From positions 1,080,001 to 1,112,000 of the forward strand of contig NC_013849.1 in NCBI RefSeq assembly GCF_000025505.1: a DNA stretch of 32,000 nucleotides, in the 5' to 3' direction. A program made the position numbers and the translations under genes. Positions 7,798 to 17,198 of this stretch are shown piece after piece. The notes beneath the pieces are model-generated. The model saw only the letters and a program-made list of their open reading frames with translations, had not been told where the DNA came from and searched no databases. The DNA comes from Ferroglobus placidus DSM 10642 (lineage in GTDB: Archaea > Halobacteriota > Archaeoglobi > Archaeoglobales > Archaeoglobaceae). Within the stretch, counting starts at the first letter, position 1. Each line of letters opens with the position of its first letter.

Positions 7798-10160
7798 GAG
7801 AGGCGATTTTACTTCTAAGCGTTGTTCTTCTTTTCATATTCATTTCATCCCTCGACTTCAGCAACACCCAGATGGGTGGTTTGAGAGGTTTCAAACTAAT
7901 CGAAAACATAACCGGTGGAGCGGAAGGCTCTGAAAGTTTCGAAAAACTCGCTGACCTTAATTCCTTCTCGAATCAAGCAAGAAAGCCGCTTTTTTACGTG
8001 GAAGGGCTTGATGCTGAACATCACCTCTTGAGGACTGCTGTCAGCACAACGTACGAAAATGGAGTTTGGATAAACGACAGGAGTTACAAAGATACGGCGA
8101 GGAGGAGTTTAAGCGACAGAGCCTTCAAGGTAACTCCCATAGTTCCCCTCGACTTCGTTCCAGTAACGAAGGATACAATTTTCGTGACCCTCCAAGCCGA
8201 ATTCAACTCCTCCGGAGGTGTTTTCAGAGGAAAAGTCAGAGAGAGTTACTACGGTTTTATCGGAGAAAGAGAAGGGAGAGAGGAGAGAACTAAAATAACG
8301 ATGAGCGATTACGAGTTTGAAAAAATAAAGGATTTGGCGGAAGAGGTAACCAGAGGGGCGAAGAACGATTACGAGAAGCTGAAAAAGATAGAAGAATTTC
8401 TCGAAAGAAACTACGAGTACTCCCACCTCTACTCTGCCGGAAAGGAAGATCCAGTTTATAGGTTTCTCTTCGTTGATAGAAAAGGAGTCTGCAAGCACTT
8501 CGCTTCAGCTTTCGTGATTATGGCTGAGAGCGTAGGTATTCCGGCGAGAGCCGTTTTCGGATTCTCAGTGGTAGGAACTCCAAGAAACCAGACAGTCTTT
8601 TCGGATCAGGCTCACATGTGGGCTGAAGCTTTCGTAAATGGCGAATGGATCGAATTCGATCCGACGCCGGCTGCGAGAGAAAAGCTTCCCACCGAAACGA
8701 GGATAACAGCTTTGAGCGAAGAAGTTAGGAGTGGTGGGGAGTTGGAAATAAGCGGCGTCGTTATTTCGGAAAGAGCTGTTAGCGGCTTCGTCGAAATTTA
8801 CATCGGGAAGGAAAAGAAGCCCGAAATTTTGCTCGGGTTGCTGGAAGTGAGGGACGGAAAGTTTGAAGGGAGGCTGAAAGTTCCGGAAATTAAAGGAGAA
8901 TACCACGTCTTAGCCCACTTCACCGGAACTTTCGCTTTTGAGGAATCTTGGAGCGATCCAATCGTTAAAATCTACGAGGTTCCGGAAATGTCCGTTTCCT
9001 CACCAAAATTCGTCCCGAAAAACTACGTTTTTGAGGGAAGGATTAGCGTTGATAACGCAACGATATCAGTCTACGTTGACGGAAAATTCGTGAAGGAGGT
9101 AGTAGCGAAGAACGGAACTTTCGAAGTTCCTCTCAACCTAACTGAGGGGGAACACGAAATAAAATTCTACTACCCCGGTGAGGAATTTATTAAGCCGGCT
9201 GAGGCTAAAATCAAAGTTTACTCCGGGGATTTTGTTATCGAAAGCGAAGTGGCTGAGGTTGGGAAAGGATTTAACCTCAGCGTTAAAGTCGGTGGAGCGA
9301 ATTACACCGGAGAAATTCTCGTCAACGGAAGAAAGCTTTTCGTCGAAAGCGGTAGAGTTTTCGTTCCAGTATCTTTCGAAAAAGCCGGTTATTATAATCT
9401 CAACGTTTCCGTTGGAGAGTTCAAAACGAAAGTAAAGGTTAAGGTTATGGACAGAATTTACGTGGAGCTCGAAAACGATAAGCTCAGGGTTTTCGACAGC
9501 TCTTCAGGTTACAACGGAGAGATAATCGTGAATGGAAAAAGAGTTAGAGTTGAAAACGGCTACGCTAACGTAAACTTCTCTTGGGAGTACCACGTTGTTT
9601 TTGAAGGCGACGAGTTTCACCATCCGGCGGAGTTCAAAATAAAAAGGTCTCTGCCTTGGTATTTTCTCTTACTCCCCTTTTTGAGCCTCCTCGTTTTGTT
9701 CAAAAAACCGAATTTCGGAATCGAGTTCGTTAAAGAAGAAAAGGACTTGCCGAACGTTTGGAAAGTCGGCGAAGAGATTTCATTCGTTACGATAAACTGT
9801 AACGCATTGATGAGTGGCAGAGTTGTTGCTTCACCGCTAACATTCGATAAAGCCGGGAGATACGAAGTGGTCGCTTTGAAAAAAAGAGGGTTTGTGAGCT
9901 TTAAAAAAAGCTACGAAGTCGAAATCGTCGAAGATTACGGAGAAGCTGTCGTGAAGTTGCTCGAAAAACTGGAAAATTCTCTTAAAAGTCAGGGACACAA
10001 AACGGAGTGGATGACAGCAAGGGAAATTGCGAAGCTAATTGATTTGAAGGACGAAGAATTCATAAAGATATTCGAAGACTACAGGTACGGGAAGAGGAAA
10101 GGATACAAAAGAGAAGACTTCGTTAGGGTTTGGAGGAATCTAAGAGGTGTTATAAGTTGA
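7794..10160 (+). CDS. Membrane-anchored transglutaminase-like protein with extracellular beta-sandwich-like repeats
   Basis: 788 aa; N-terminal TM; triad context 'GVCKHFASAFVIMAESVGIPAR...DQAHMWAEAFVNGEWIEFDPTP'; TM 'WYFLLLPFLSLLVLF'; C-terminal cytosolic region. Confidence 0.9.
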   Translation: MREAILLLSVVLLFIFISSLDFSNTQMGGLRGFKLIENITGGAEGSESFEKLADLNSFSNQARKPLFYVEGLDAEHHLLRTAVSTTYENGVWINDRSYKDTARRSLSDRAFKVTPIVPLDFVPVTKDTIFVTLQAEFNSSGGVFRGKVRESYYGFIGEREGREERTKITMSDYEFEKIKDLAEEVTRGAKNDYEKLKKIEEFLERNYEYSHLYSAGKEDPVYRFLFVDRKGVCKHFASAFVIMAESVGIPARAVFGFSVVGTPRNQTVFSDQAHMWAEAFVNGEWIEFDPTPAAREKLPTETRITALSEEVRSGGELEISGVVISERAVSGFVEIYIGKEKKPEILLGLLEVRDGKFEGRLKVPEIKGEYHVLAHFTGTFAFEESWSDPIVKIYEVPEMSVSSPKFVPKNYVFEGRISVDNATISVYVDGKFVKEVVAKNGTFEVPLNLTEGEHEIKFYYPGEEFIKPAEAKIKVYSGDFVIESEVAEVGKGFNLSVKVGGANYTGEILVNGRKLFVESGRVFVPVSFEKAGYYNLNVSVGEFKTKVKVKVMDRIYVELENDKLRVFDSSSGYNGEIIVNGKRVRVENGYANVNFSWEYHVVFEGDEFHHPAEFKIKRSLPWYFLLLPFLSLLVLFKKPNFGIEFVKEEKDLPNVWKVGEEISFVTINCNALMSGRVVASPLTFDKAGRYEVVALKKRGFVSFKKSYEVEIVEDYGEAVVKLLEKLENSLKSQGHKTEWMTAREIAKLIDLKDEEFIKIFEDYRYGKRKGYKREDFVRVWRNLRGVIS

Positions 10161-11050
10161 TAAGAGCTCTGATAGTAGCTGCGATATACGCTTTAGCCTA
10201 CTACTACCTCAAATGGAACGAGCTGCTCGTTGCGATGGTATTTTCGATTTCGTACTTCGCAATAAAAAGAAGCTTCCGCCACATCTTCATGCCTCCAGCG
10301 GTTTACTTCCTTCTCGCCCCAGTTGCTAAGCAGCTCAACTTCCCCCTGCCAGAAGAAATAATACTTCTCCTGTTTTCTTTTGCGCTCCTCAGAGTCGATT
10401 TCGGAAAGTATCAGAGCTTTTCAACCGCTGCTTCAGTAATCCTTCTCATTCTCTCCGGATTCTTGCTTAAAGATAAGTTACCCTTCGGAAATTACTTCTT
10501 TTTGCTGATCGTAGCTTTAACAGCTGTAATCTTCTTTACCGTTCTCCTCCCGGAGTTGAGCGGAAAACTTGAGTTCCTGAGGAACTTGAGGGGAACGATA
10601 CTTCTCCTCTCCTTCGCCGTAGTAATTTACTCGTCTATAAGGGAATTAATCCCCCTTCCGCCAATGAGAGATTTTGCCGACTGGATAGTAGTTTCACTGC
10701 TCGTCCTAAAAACCGTCTCGGCTATAAGAAGCGAAATCGTAGAGGAAGAATTGATTAAAGAGGTTAGAAGATTCGAGAGAGAGGTTGAGAGAATAAACAA
10801 CGCGGAAAAGCTTTTTATCGATTTCGGCGTTAAAGATAAGCTGATATTCAGTCTTTCGGAAGTTCTATTCAAGTCTGGCTTTAAATCCGAAGAGGTGGCT
10901 GAAATTCTCAGACCGCTGATTTATTACTCGGATAGAAAAATTCCGAAGTACGCTTTCTCCTGGGAGAAGAGAAGAATTGAAAAAGCAAATAGGAGGAGGA
11001 GAGAGGAGGTAATTAACGAAATTAGGAGGAAGATGGAGGAGGTTAGATGA
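10157..11050 (+). CDS. Polytopic membrane protein in the DUF58/MoxR operon (ORF track opens at 10130; TTG at 10157 looks more likely)
   Basis: Hydrophobic N-terminal two thirds, charged C-terminal region; 'GAGGTG' upstream of TTG 10157, overlapping the transglutaminase stop. Confidence 0.7.
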   Translation: MIRALIVAAIYALAYYYLKWNELLVAMVFSISYFAIKRSFRHIFMPPAVYFLLAPVAKQLNFPLPEEIILLLFSFALLRVDFGKYQSFSTAASVILLILSGFLLKDKLPFGNYFFLLIVALTAVIFFTVLLPELSGKLEFLRNLRGTILLLSFAVVIYSSIRELIPLPPMRDFADWIVVSLLVLKTVSAIRSEIVEEELIKEVRRFEREVERINNAEKLFIDFGVKDKLIFSLSEVLFKSGFKSEEVAEILRPLIYYSDRKIPKYAFSWEKRRIEKANRRRREEVINEIRRKMEEVR

Positions 11051-11991
11051 TTAGAGATGTTTGCGAAAAAATAGTTGAGGAAGTTAAGAAAATCTTCGTT
11101 TCGAGCGGTGACGTCGTTGAAAAAACTCTCGCAGCAGCACTGTGCAACGGTAACGTTCTCTTCGAAGACTACCCCGGTTTAGGGAAAACATTACTTGCCA
11201 AAGCCTTCGCAAGGGTTATTGGGGCGGAATACAAAAGAATCCAGTTCACTCCAGATTTGCTGCCAGCTGACATAACCGGAACAAAGGTTTTCAGGAATGG
11301 AAGGTTCGAGCTCGTAAAAGGACCGATTTTCACGAACGTTCTCTTAGCCGATGAGATAAACAGAAGTCCACCAAAAACCCAGGCTGCTCTGCTTGAGGCT
11401 ATGGAAGAGAGGCAGGTAACTATAGAAGGCGAGACGCTAAAGCTTCCAGAACCTTTCTTCGTCATAGCGACTCAAAATCCAATAGAGCAGGAAGGGACGT
11501 ATCCTCTTCCAGAGGCTCAGCTCGACAGGTTTCTGATAAGGTTGAAGCCCGGTTATCCGAAGAGTGTTGAAGAGGAGATGGAAATACTCAGAAGGAGAAT
11601 CTCGTGGAAGAAGGATGATCCGACGGACGAAATAACTCCGGTAGTTTCCCTCGAAGAATTTAGGAGTATGCAGAAGTTCGTCGAAGAGATCTTCGTTCAC
11701 GAGGACATACTGAGGTACATAGCGGAGATAGTTAGAAAGACGAGGGAGCACGAAATTGTTGAAATAGGCGCGAGTCCGAGAGGTGCCTTAGCTTTGATGA
11801 AAATGTCGAGAGCGATAGCGGCGATAAACGGGAGAGACTACGTAATTCCAGACGACGTCAAGCTCGTGGCTAAGGAAGTCCTTTCCCACAGAATAATTCT
11901 CAAAATAGAGTACGCCGTAGAAGGTTACAGCGGAGAAGATGTTATAGAAGACGCTTTAAGAGAGGTTGAGGTGCCGAAGGTGGTTAGATGA
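11047..11991 (+). CDS. MoxR-family AAA+ ATPase
   Basis: 'GLGKTLLAKAFARVIG' Walker A, 'VLLADEINRSPPKTQAALLEAMEERQVT' Walker B, 'ATQNPIEQEGTYPLPEAQLDRF' are diagnostic. Confidence 0.96.
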   Translation: MIRDVCEKIVEEVKKIFVSSGDVVEKTLAAALCNGNVLFEDYPGLGKTLLAKAFARVIGAEYKRIQFTPDLLPADITGTKVFRNGRFELVKGPIFTNVLLADEINRSPPKTQAALLEAMEERQVTIEGETLKLPEPFFVIATQNPIEQEGTYPLPEAQLDRFLIRLKPGYPKSVEEEMEILRRRISWKKDDPTDEITPVVSLEEFRSMQKFVEEIFVHEDILRYIAEIVRKTREHEIVEIGASPRGALALMKMSRAIAAINGRDYVIPDDVKLVAKEVLSHRIILKIEYAVEGYSGEDVIEDALREVEVPKVVR

Positions 11992-12653
11992 AGTTCGCTA
12001 TAGTCAGCGTGGGAAACGAGCTGCTCAGAGGAGATATCGTCAACGATAACGCAAAGTACATAGCTCAAAAGCTCGCAGCTCTCGGGCACAGCGTTGAGAG
12101 AATAGTTGTCGTGCCAGATAGAGTCGACGACATCGTCGAAGAGCTTAGAAGACTTTTGAAGTACGATTTTATCTTCGTAACCGGAGGATTGGGGGCTACG
12201 CACGACGACGTTACTGCTGAAGCGATTGCTAAGGCTTTGAACAGATCCCTCGTTCTCGATGAGAAGGCAGTGAAGCAGGTGAAGAGGTGGACAGACAAGA
12301 AAGAGGTCGTAGAGAAGGTTGCGAAGATTCCAGCAGAGAGCGAAGTTATTCAGAACGATGTCGGAGTTGCTCCGGCATTCATAACTGGTAAGATAGCAGC
12401 TTTACCGGGAGTTCCCGCTGAGATGAGGGATACCTTCGAAAAGATCGTAAAAAGGTTCGAAAAGCTGGAAGTCTACGAAGAAGATGTCATTGTCGAGGGT
12501 AAAGAAGAGGATTTCCTCGAAAAGCTGAACAGCGTTGTTAGAAAGTTTCCGGACGTTGAAATCGGCTCGTATCCAAAGCCGGGATACGTTGTTTTGAAGT
12601 TTAGAGGAAAAAAGGAGAGAGTACTCGAAGCTAAAAGGGAGTTCCTCTCATGA
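11988..12653 (+). CDS. Molybdopterin-binding domain protein (CinA N-terminal/MoaB-like)
   Basis: 'VSVGNELLRGDIVNDNAKYIAQKLAALGH' and 'FVTGGLGATHDDVTAEAIAKAL...LPGVPAEM'. Confidence 0.9.
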   Translation: MKFAIVSVGNELLRGDIVNDNAKYIAQKLAALGHSVERIVVVPDRVDDIVEELRRLLKYDFIFVTGGLGATHDDVTAEAIAKALNRSLVLDEKAVKQVKRWTDKKEVVEKVAKIPAESEVIQNDVGVAPAFITGKIAALPGVPAEMRDTFEKIVKRFEKLEVYEEDVIVEGKEEDFLEKLNSVVRKFPDVEIGSYPKPGYVVLKFRGKKERVLEAKREFLS

Positions 12654-13327
12654 AGCCCTTCGTTTTCGTTAACGTTGCCGCGAGCGTCGACGGAAAAATA
12701 AGTAACGAAAGGAGAGTTCAGCTGAGAATTTCGTCAAAAGAGGACATGGAAAGGGTGGATAAGCTTAGAGCTGAGAGCGACGCAATAATGGTCGGGATAG
12801 GAACGGTTTTAGCTGACAATCCAAAACTGACCGTGAAAAGTGATGAGTTGAGAAAAAAGAGAGTTCTTGAAGGCAAGCCTGAAAATCCCCTAAGGGTTGT
12901 CGTAGACAGTAAAGCGAGAATTCCGGAAGACGCTTTGATTTTGAACGACGAAGCCGAAACTCTTTTGGCTGTTTCTAAAAAAGCTGATCTCGAAAAATTG
13001 AAAAAGCTTCAGGAAAAGGCTATGATTTTCGTAGCTGGGGAGGAGAGAGTCGATTTGAGCGAGCTCATGGAATTTCTCTACCACATAGGAGTGAGAAAGC
13101 TAATGGTCGAGGGTGGAGGAGAGCTGATAGCTTCTCTCTTCAGGGAGGGATTGGTTGACGAAATCTACGTTTACTACGGAAACGTGATAATAGCAGGAAA
13201 AAATTCGCCAACTATAGCGGATGGAAAGAGCTTAGACGAGCCAGCTGAACTCGAATTACTCGAATTTAAAAAGCTCGGAGGCGGAATCCTTACGAGATGG
13301 AGGGTAAAAAGGAAAAGATTTAATTGA
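12650..13327 (+). CDS. Archaeal 2,5-diamino-6-(ribosylamino)-4(3H)-pyrimidinone 5'-phosphate reductase (RibD C-terminal domain family)
   Basis: 'VNVAASVDGKIS', 'DAIMVGIGTVLADNPKLTV', 'NPLRVVVDSKARIP', 'KLMVEGGGELIASLFREGLVDEIYVY'. Confidence 0.9.
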   Translation: MKPFVFVNVAASVDGKISNERRVQLRISSKEDMERVDKLRAESDAIMVGIGTVLADNPKLTVKSDELRKKRVLEGKPENPLRVVVDSKARIPEDALILNDEAETLLAVSKKADLEKLKKLQEKAMIFVAGEERVDLSELMEFLYHIGVRKLMVEGGGELIASLFREGLVDEIYVYYGNVIIAGKNSPTIADGKSLDEPAELELLEFKKLGGGILTRWRVKRKRFN

Positions 13328-13348
13328 ATGATCGATCATTTCCTTCCC

Positions 13349-14299
13349 ATGAAAGTGTACGTTGTAGGGCACATGAATCCCGACACAGATTCCGTCTGCT
13401 CCGCAATAGTATTCTCGTACCTTCTGAACAAGTGGAAGGAAAAGGACGGGCTTATTAAGATAGATGGAGAGGCTGTTCCGGTAATTCAGGGCGAACCGAA
13501 TCCGGAAACGAAGTTCGTTCTTGAAAAGTTTGGCGTGGAAAAACCGGAGATTATAGAAGACGTCGAAGGAAAAACCATAGCTTTAGTCGATTTCAGCGAA
13601 AAAGCGCAGGCTCCGAAGAACATAGAAAAGGCAGAGATAATCGCCATAGTCGACCACCACAAAATAGGAGACATAACAACACCAAACCCGATCCTCTTCG
13701 TGAACTTGCCAGTGGGGTGCACAGCCACAGTCCTCAAAAAGCTCTTCGACTGGAGTGGAGTGGAAATTCCCAAAGAGCTTGCCGGATTGATGCTCGCGTC
13801 AATTTTAAGCGACACAGTCATTTTCAAATCTGCTACAACAACGGAGCTTGACAAAGAGGCTGCAAAAGAGCTTGCAAAGATTGCGGGAATAGAGAACATC
13901 GAGGAGTTTGGTATAGAAGTGAAGGCGAAGCTTTCTGCTGTAGACGAGCTATCAGCGAGAGACATAATTTTGAGAGACTTCAAAGACTTCGACATGAGCG
14001 GAAACAAAGTGGGAATAGGGCAGATAGAACTCGTGGACTTGAAGCTAATCGAAGGAAGAAAGGAGGAAATTCTGGAAGAGCTCAAGAAGATGAAAGAGGA
14101 AGGAGGCTACCACACGGTAGCGCTAATGCTCACGGATATAATAAAGGAAGGGACCGAGCTGCTCGTCGTTACCGACGATGCAAGCGTTATCGAGAAAGCT
14201 TTCGGTAAGAAGCTCGAAGGAAATTCAGTTTGGCTCGAAGGAGTGATGAGCAGAAAGAAGCAAGTCGTTCCACCTCTTGAGAACGCATTTTCTTCGTAA
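13349..14299 (+). CDS. ppaC: Family II (manganese-dependent) inorganic pyrophosphatase (ORF track opens at 13328)
   Basis: 'VYVVGHMNPDTDSVCSAIVFSYLL', 'AIVDHHKIGDI', 'PVGCTATVLKKLF', C-terminal 'SRKKQVVPPLENAF' (DHH/DHHA2). Confidence 0.95.
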   Translation: MKVYVVGHMNPDTDSVCSAIVFSYLLNKWKEKDGLIKIDGEAVPVIQGEPNPETKFVLEKFGVEKPEIIEDVEGKTIALVDFSEKAQAPKNIEKAEIIAIVDHHKIGDITTPNPILFVNLPVGCTATVLKKLFDWSGVEIPKELAGLMLASILSDTVIFKSATTTELDKEAAKELAKIAGIENIEEFGIEVKAKLSAVDELSARDIILRDFKDFDMSGNKVGIGQIELVDLKLIEGRKEEILEELKKMKEEGGYHTVALMLTDIIKEGTELLVVTDDASVIEKAFGKKLEGNSVWLEGVMSRKKQVVPPLENAFSS

Positions 14300-14479
14300 T
14301 TTTTTATTTATTGGTCGTTATTTTTAACTAAAAGTCACGTATTTTAGAAAACCTAAGTTTGCTTTACATTTCTTGTAAAACAATTGGAGTTGCCTTTTCA
14401 ATTAATATTGGAAAGGTAAATGGCGTAAAAACTAATCGTCTAAAAGTGTAAATTCATTATAGAAATACCGTTTTATCTA

Positions 14480-14518
14480 TTTATATGCGAAGTTACATAG
14501 ATATTAATTGGGGGTGAT
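14480..14518 (+). promoter_or_regulatory. Putative archaeal TATA box (tttatatg, 14480-14487) and strong Shine-Dalgarno (ggggtgat, 14511-14518) for the second respiratory operon
   Basis: AT-rich TATA-like element 36 nt before the ATG and purine-rich SD with appropriate spacing, after a 224 bp non-coding gap. Confidence 0.45.
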
Positions 14519-14523
14519 GGGAA

Positions 14524-14817
14524 ATGGCAGACGTAGTTACGTTGTTTGTAATTCTCGGGGTGCTCGGAGGTATAGTTAACTTGCTGCTGGCGTACATTAA
14601 AAAGTGGGAAGTGCTCGGAGTTTTAACCTTAGCGGCTGCATTCCCCATAATCGGCGTTACTCTCCTTGACGCAATATACGGAAACATGGGGTTCTTTGCA
14701 GCAGTAATTGCCTTCGCCGGAATCGTGACGATACTCGTGATGACTGTGGCGGCGCTCAGCATCGCAGGAATACAGGCGATACTCGGAGTCGAAGAGAAGG
14801 AAGAAGTTTCCTCTTAA
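14524..14817 (+). CDS. Small membrane protein of unknown function (about 3 TM)
   Basis: 97 aa, strong SD; almost entirely hydrophobic with acidic C-terminus 'EEKEEVSS'. Confidence 0.75.
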   Translation: MADVVTLFVILGVLGGIVNLLLAYIKKWEVLGVLTLAAAFPIIGVTLLDAIYGNMGFFAAVIAFAGIVTILVMTVAALSIAGIQAILGVEEKEEVSS

Positions 14818-14844
14818 ATTTTCTAATTTTTTGGAGGTTGATAA

Positions 14845-15309
14845 ATGAAACACGTAACAAGAGCCCTACTTTTGTTTGTCTTTATAGTTCTCGTTTTTAT
14901 CTCTGCTATTTTCACTTTGCGAGCACTGGGAGAAGAATACTACCCCGGGATTCCAGACAGTCTTCTTGGCATCAAAGGACTTTACGGATACGACAGAAAC
15001 GAAAAGGAAATAATTAGAAACGAGCCAGATTTTCTGGGGAAAGAATACTGCAAGAACTGTCACGGGGAAATTTACGAAAAAAGTTTGAAGGGTAAGCACA
15101 ACTTCGAGTGCGAAACCTGTCACGGAGCTGGGAAGGGGCATCCAGATAAGGATTTGAGCGTTGAAAATACGAGAGAATTCTGCCTGAACTGCCACAAGCC
15201 CGTGATAGCGAGACCGGACTTCAGCTTGGTTTACGACTGGGAAACGCATGGATATCCGGATAAGCCTTGTACGGTTTGTCACGACGCCCACTATCCGTGG
15301 TTCGGGTGA
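14845..15309 (+). CDS. Tetraheme c-type cytochrome with N-terminal signal/anchor
   Basis: 154 aa; four CxxCH motifs: CKNCH, CETCH, CLNCH, CTVCH. Confidence 0.92.
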   Translation: MKHVTRALLLFVFIVLVFISAIFTLRALGEEYYPGIPDSLLGIKGLYGYDRNEKEIIRNEPDFLGKEYCKNCHGEIYEKSLKGKHNFECETCHGAGKGHPDKDLSVENTREFCLNCHKPVIARPDFSLVYDWETHGYPDKPCTVCHDAHYPWFG

Positions 15310-15314
15310 TAAGC

Positions 15315-16022
15315 ATGATTTCCCGAAGGGAGTTTCTGAAGAGCGGGATAAAGCTTGCGATAATTTTAACGTTGCCAGTTTCTTCAGCTAAGAGCGAGAA
15401 GTACGTTTACGTGATAGACTCATCCCGCTGCATAGGTTGTGGAAGCTGCGTTAGAGCTTGCAGAGAGGAGAACAAAGTGCCTGAAGGGAAGTACAGAACG
15501 TGGGTGGAGAGGTACGTTGTTTACATGAACGAGGGGATAGAGGAGGTTTACGTCGAATCTCCAGAAGGGGGAGAGCACGGATTCGAAGATTTGGATTTCA
15601 ACGATAAAGAGGTGCTAAGAGCTTACTTCGTTCCCAAGCTGTGCATGCACTGCGAAAAACCTCCTTGCGTTAAGGTTTGCCCGGTCAACGCAACCTGGCT
15701 AACTGATGACGGTTTCGTTTTAATCGACGAGGATCACTGCATTGGCTGTAAGTACTGCATCCAAGCATGCCCCTACGGAGCGAGGTACTTCCACGAGGAG
15801 AAGCACGTCGTTGATAAGTGCACGTGGTGTTACCACAGAGTTAAGAGAGGAATGAAGCCAGCATGCGTCCACGTTTGCCCGACTAAGGCGAGAATTTTCG
15901 GAAAAATAAGCGACAAGGAGATAGAGGAAAGGCTGAGAGATCCGACGATAAAAATCCTGAAGCCCGAGCTGAACACGAGACCAAAAGTGTTCTACCAGAA
16001 AGTTGGTTGGGAGGTGTGGTAA
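15315..16022 (+). CDS. Tat-exported 4Fe-4S ferredoxin-type subunit (NrfC/HybA-like; ORF track opens at 15267)
   Basis: ATG at 15315 gives 'MISRREFLKSGIKLAIILTLPVSSA' twin-arginine signal; CIGCGSCVRAC, CMHCEKPPCVKVC, CIGCKYCIQACP, CTWCYHRV...ACVHVCP. Confidence 0.94.
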   Translation: MISRREFLKSGIKLAIILTLPVSSAKSEKYVYVIDSSRCIGCGSCVRACREENKVPEGKYRTWVERYVVYMNEGIEEVYVESPEGGEHGFEDLDFNDKEVLRAYFVPKLCMHCEKPPCVKVCPVNATWLTDDGFVLIDEDHCIGCKYCIQACPYGARYFHEEKHVVDKCTWCYHRVKRGMKPACVHVCPTKARIFGKISDKEIEERLRDPTIKILKPELNTRPKVFYQKVGWEVW

Positions 16023-17198
16023 ATGAGCGAAGCTTTCGGCTACGTTTATCCGAACCACGAGGTCTTCTGGGGAATACTCATCGTAATCTATCCGTACTTC
16101 GTTAGCATAATCACCGGAATGGTTACGATTTACGCTATAAGCGAATTCTGGAGGAAAGAGCTAAAACCTCTGGAGAAAATGATCCTCGTGGGAACTTTTC
16201 CGTTCGTGCTTTCCGCTCTACTTCCTTTGCTTTTAGACCTCGGACAGCCTCAGAGAGCTTTTGAAATCTACGTAACCCCCAATTTCTCCTCGGTGATGGC
16301 AGTTTTCGGTATCGTTTACTTGACGGAGCTGTTCGCCATACTCGGAGAGCTGTGGTTCGTTTACAGAGTTGACTTCATCTGGTGGTCTCAGACTGAGAGA
16401 AATCCGATAAAAAAGTTGATTTACAAAATACTCACCCTCGGAGTTTACGATATAAGCAGGAAAGCGATAGAAGTTGATCACAAAATCATAAAGGTTCTTA
16501 CGTTCGTCGAGCTTATAGCTGCGTGGTGTCTCAGCTACGTTTCGTTCCTCTTCGGAGTTGTTAAGTCAAATCCATGGTGGAACACAACGATTTTACCAGT
16601 CAGTTTCGTCTTCGGAGGATTGGCTGCAGGAGGAGCTATGGTTCTCATACTCTACTTGATATTCTCCAGCCACTACGGAAAGAGAGTGGACGAGAAAATC
16701 ATCGATATAATATCTAACTACGTCTTCTTCTTCCTCCTCGCAGCGTTTGCTTTGGAGATGATCAACACGATTCTCTACGCCTACAAAGAAGACGTCGCAT
16801 GGGCTGTGATTAGAATCACCTCTACCGAGCTTGCAGTCCCAATGGCTATAGCCGTTATCGGCTCCCTCGAAGCTTTGCTCTTCCTCAGGTACTCAAGGAT
16901 GGTTAGCGGAGCTCTCAAACAGATAATGGTCGGCATAGCAAGCGTATCCGTGCTGATAGCAGTTTTCGCTCTGAGATGGAACATGGTAATCGGAGCGCAG
17001 CTTGTGGATTACAGTCTGAGAGGTTACGTCTCCTACACTCCGCCACTCTTCGGAAAAGAGGGAGTCTTAGCGGCACTTCTCGTTTTAGCAGCACCCTTCG
17101 TATTAATGGCAATCGTAAACTACTTCTTACCGCCATACGAAAAAGAGGTTAAGGAAACTGAAATTTCGAGACCGACGACTTCAGTGAGCGAGGCATGA
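16023..17198 (+). CDS. NrfD/PsrC-family integral membrane quinone-interacting subunit
   Basis: 391 aa, many TM segments; follows the ferredoxin subunit directly; 'WRKELKPLEKMILVGTFPFVLSALLPLLLDLGQPQRAFEIY' is typical NrfD. Confidence 0.9.
   Translation: MSEAFGYVYPNHEVFWGILIVIYPYFVSIITGMVTIYAISEFWRKELKPLEKMILVGTFPFVLSALLPLLLDLGQPQRAFEIYVTPNFSSVMAVFGIVYLTELFAILGELWFVYRVDFIWWSQTERNPIKKLIYKILTLGVYDISRKAIEVDHKIIKVLTFVELIAAWCLSYVSFLFGVVKSNPWWNTTILPVSFVFGGLAAGGAMVLILYLIFSSHYGKRVDEKIIDIISNYVFFFLLAAFALEMINTILYAYKEDVAWAVIRITSTELAVPMAIAVIGSLEALLFLRYSRMVSGALKQIMVGIASVSVLIAVFALRWNMVIGAQLVDYSLRGYVSYTPPLFGKEGVLAALLVLAAPFVLMAIVNYFLPPYEKEVKETEISRPTTSVSEA

Noticed and set aside
13486-14085. 199-aa minus-strand ORF, Ser/Pro-rich
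   Set aside because: Fully antisense to the pyrophosphatase gene; Ser-rich content is what AAG/GAA-rich coding produces in antisense.
14300-14523. Possible small RNA or extra gene in the 224-bp gap
   Set aside because: AT-rich with no listed ORF and no tRNA-like folding visible; best explained as a terminator and promoter region.
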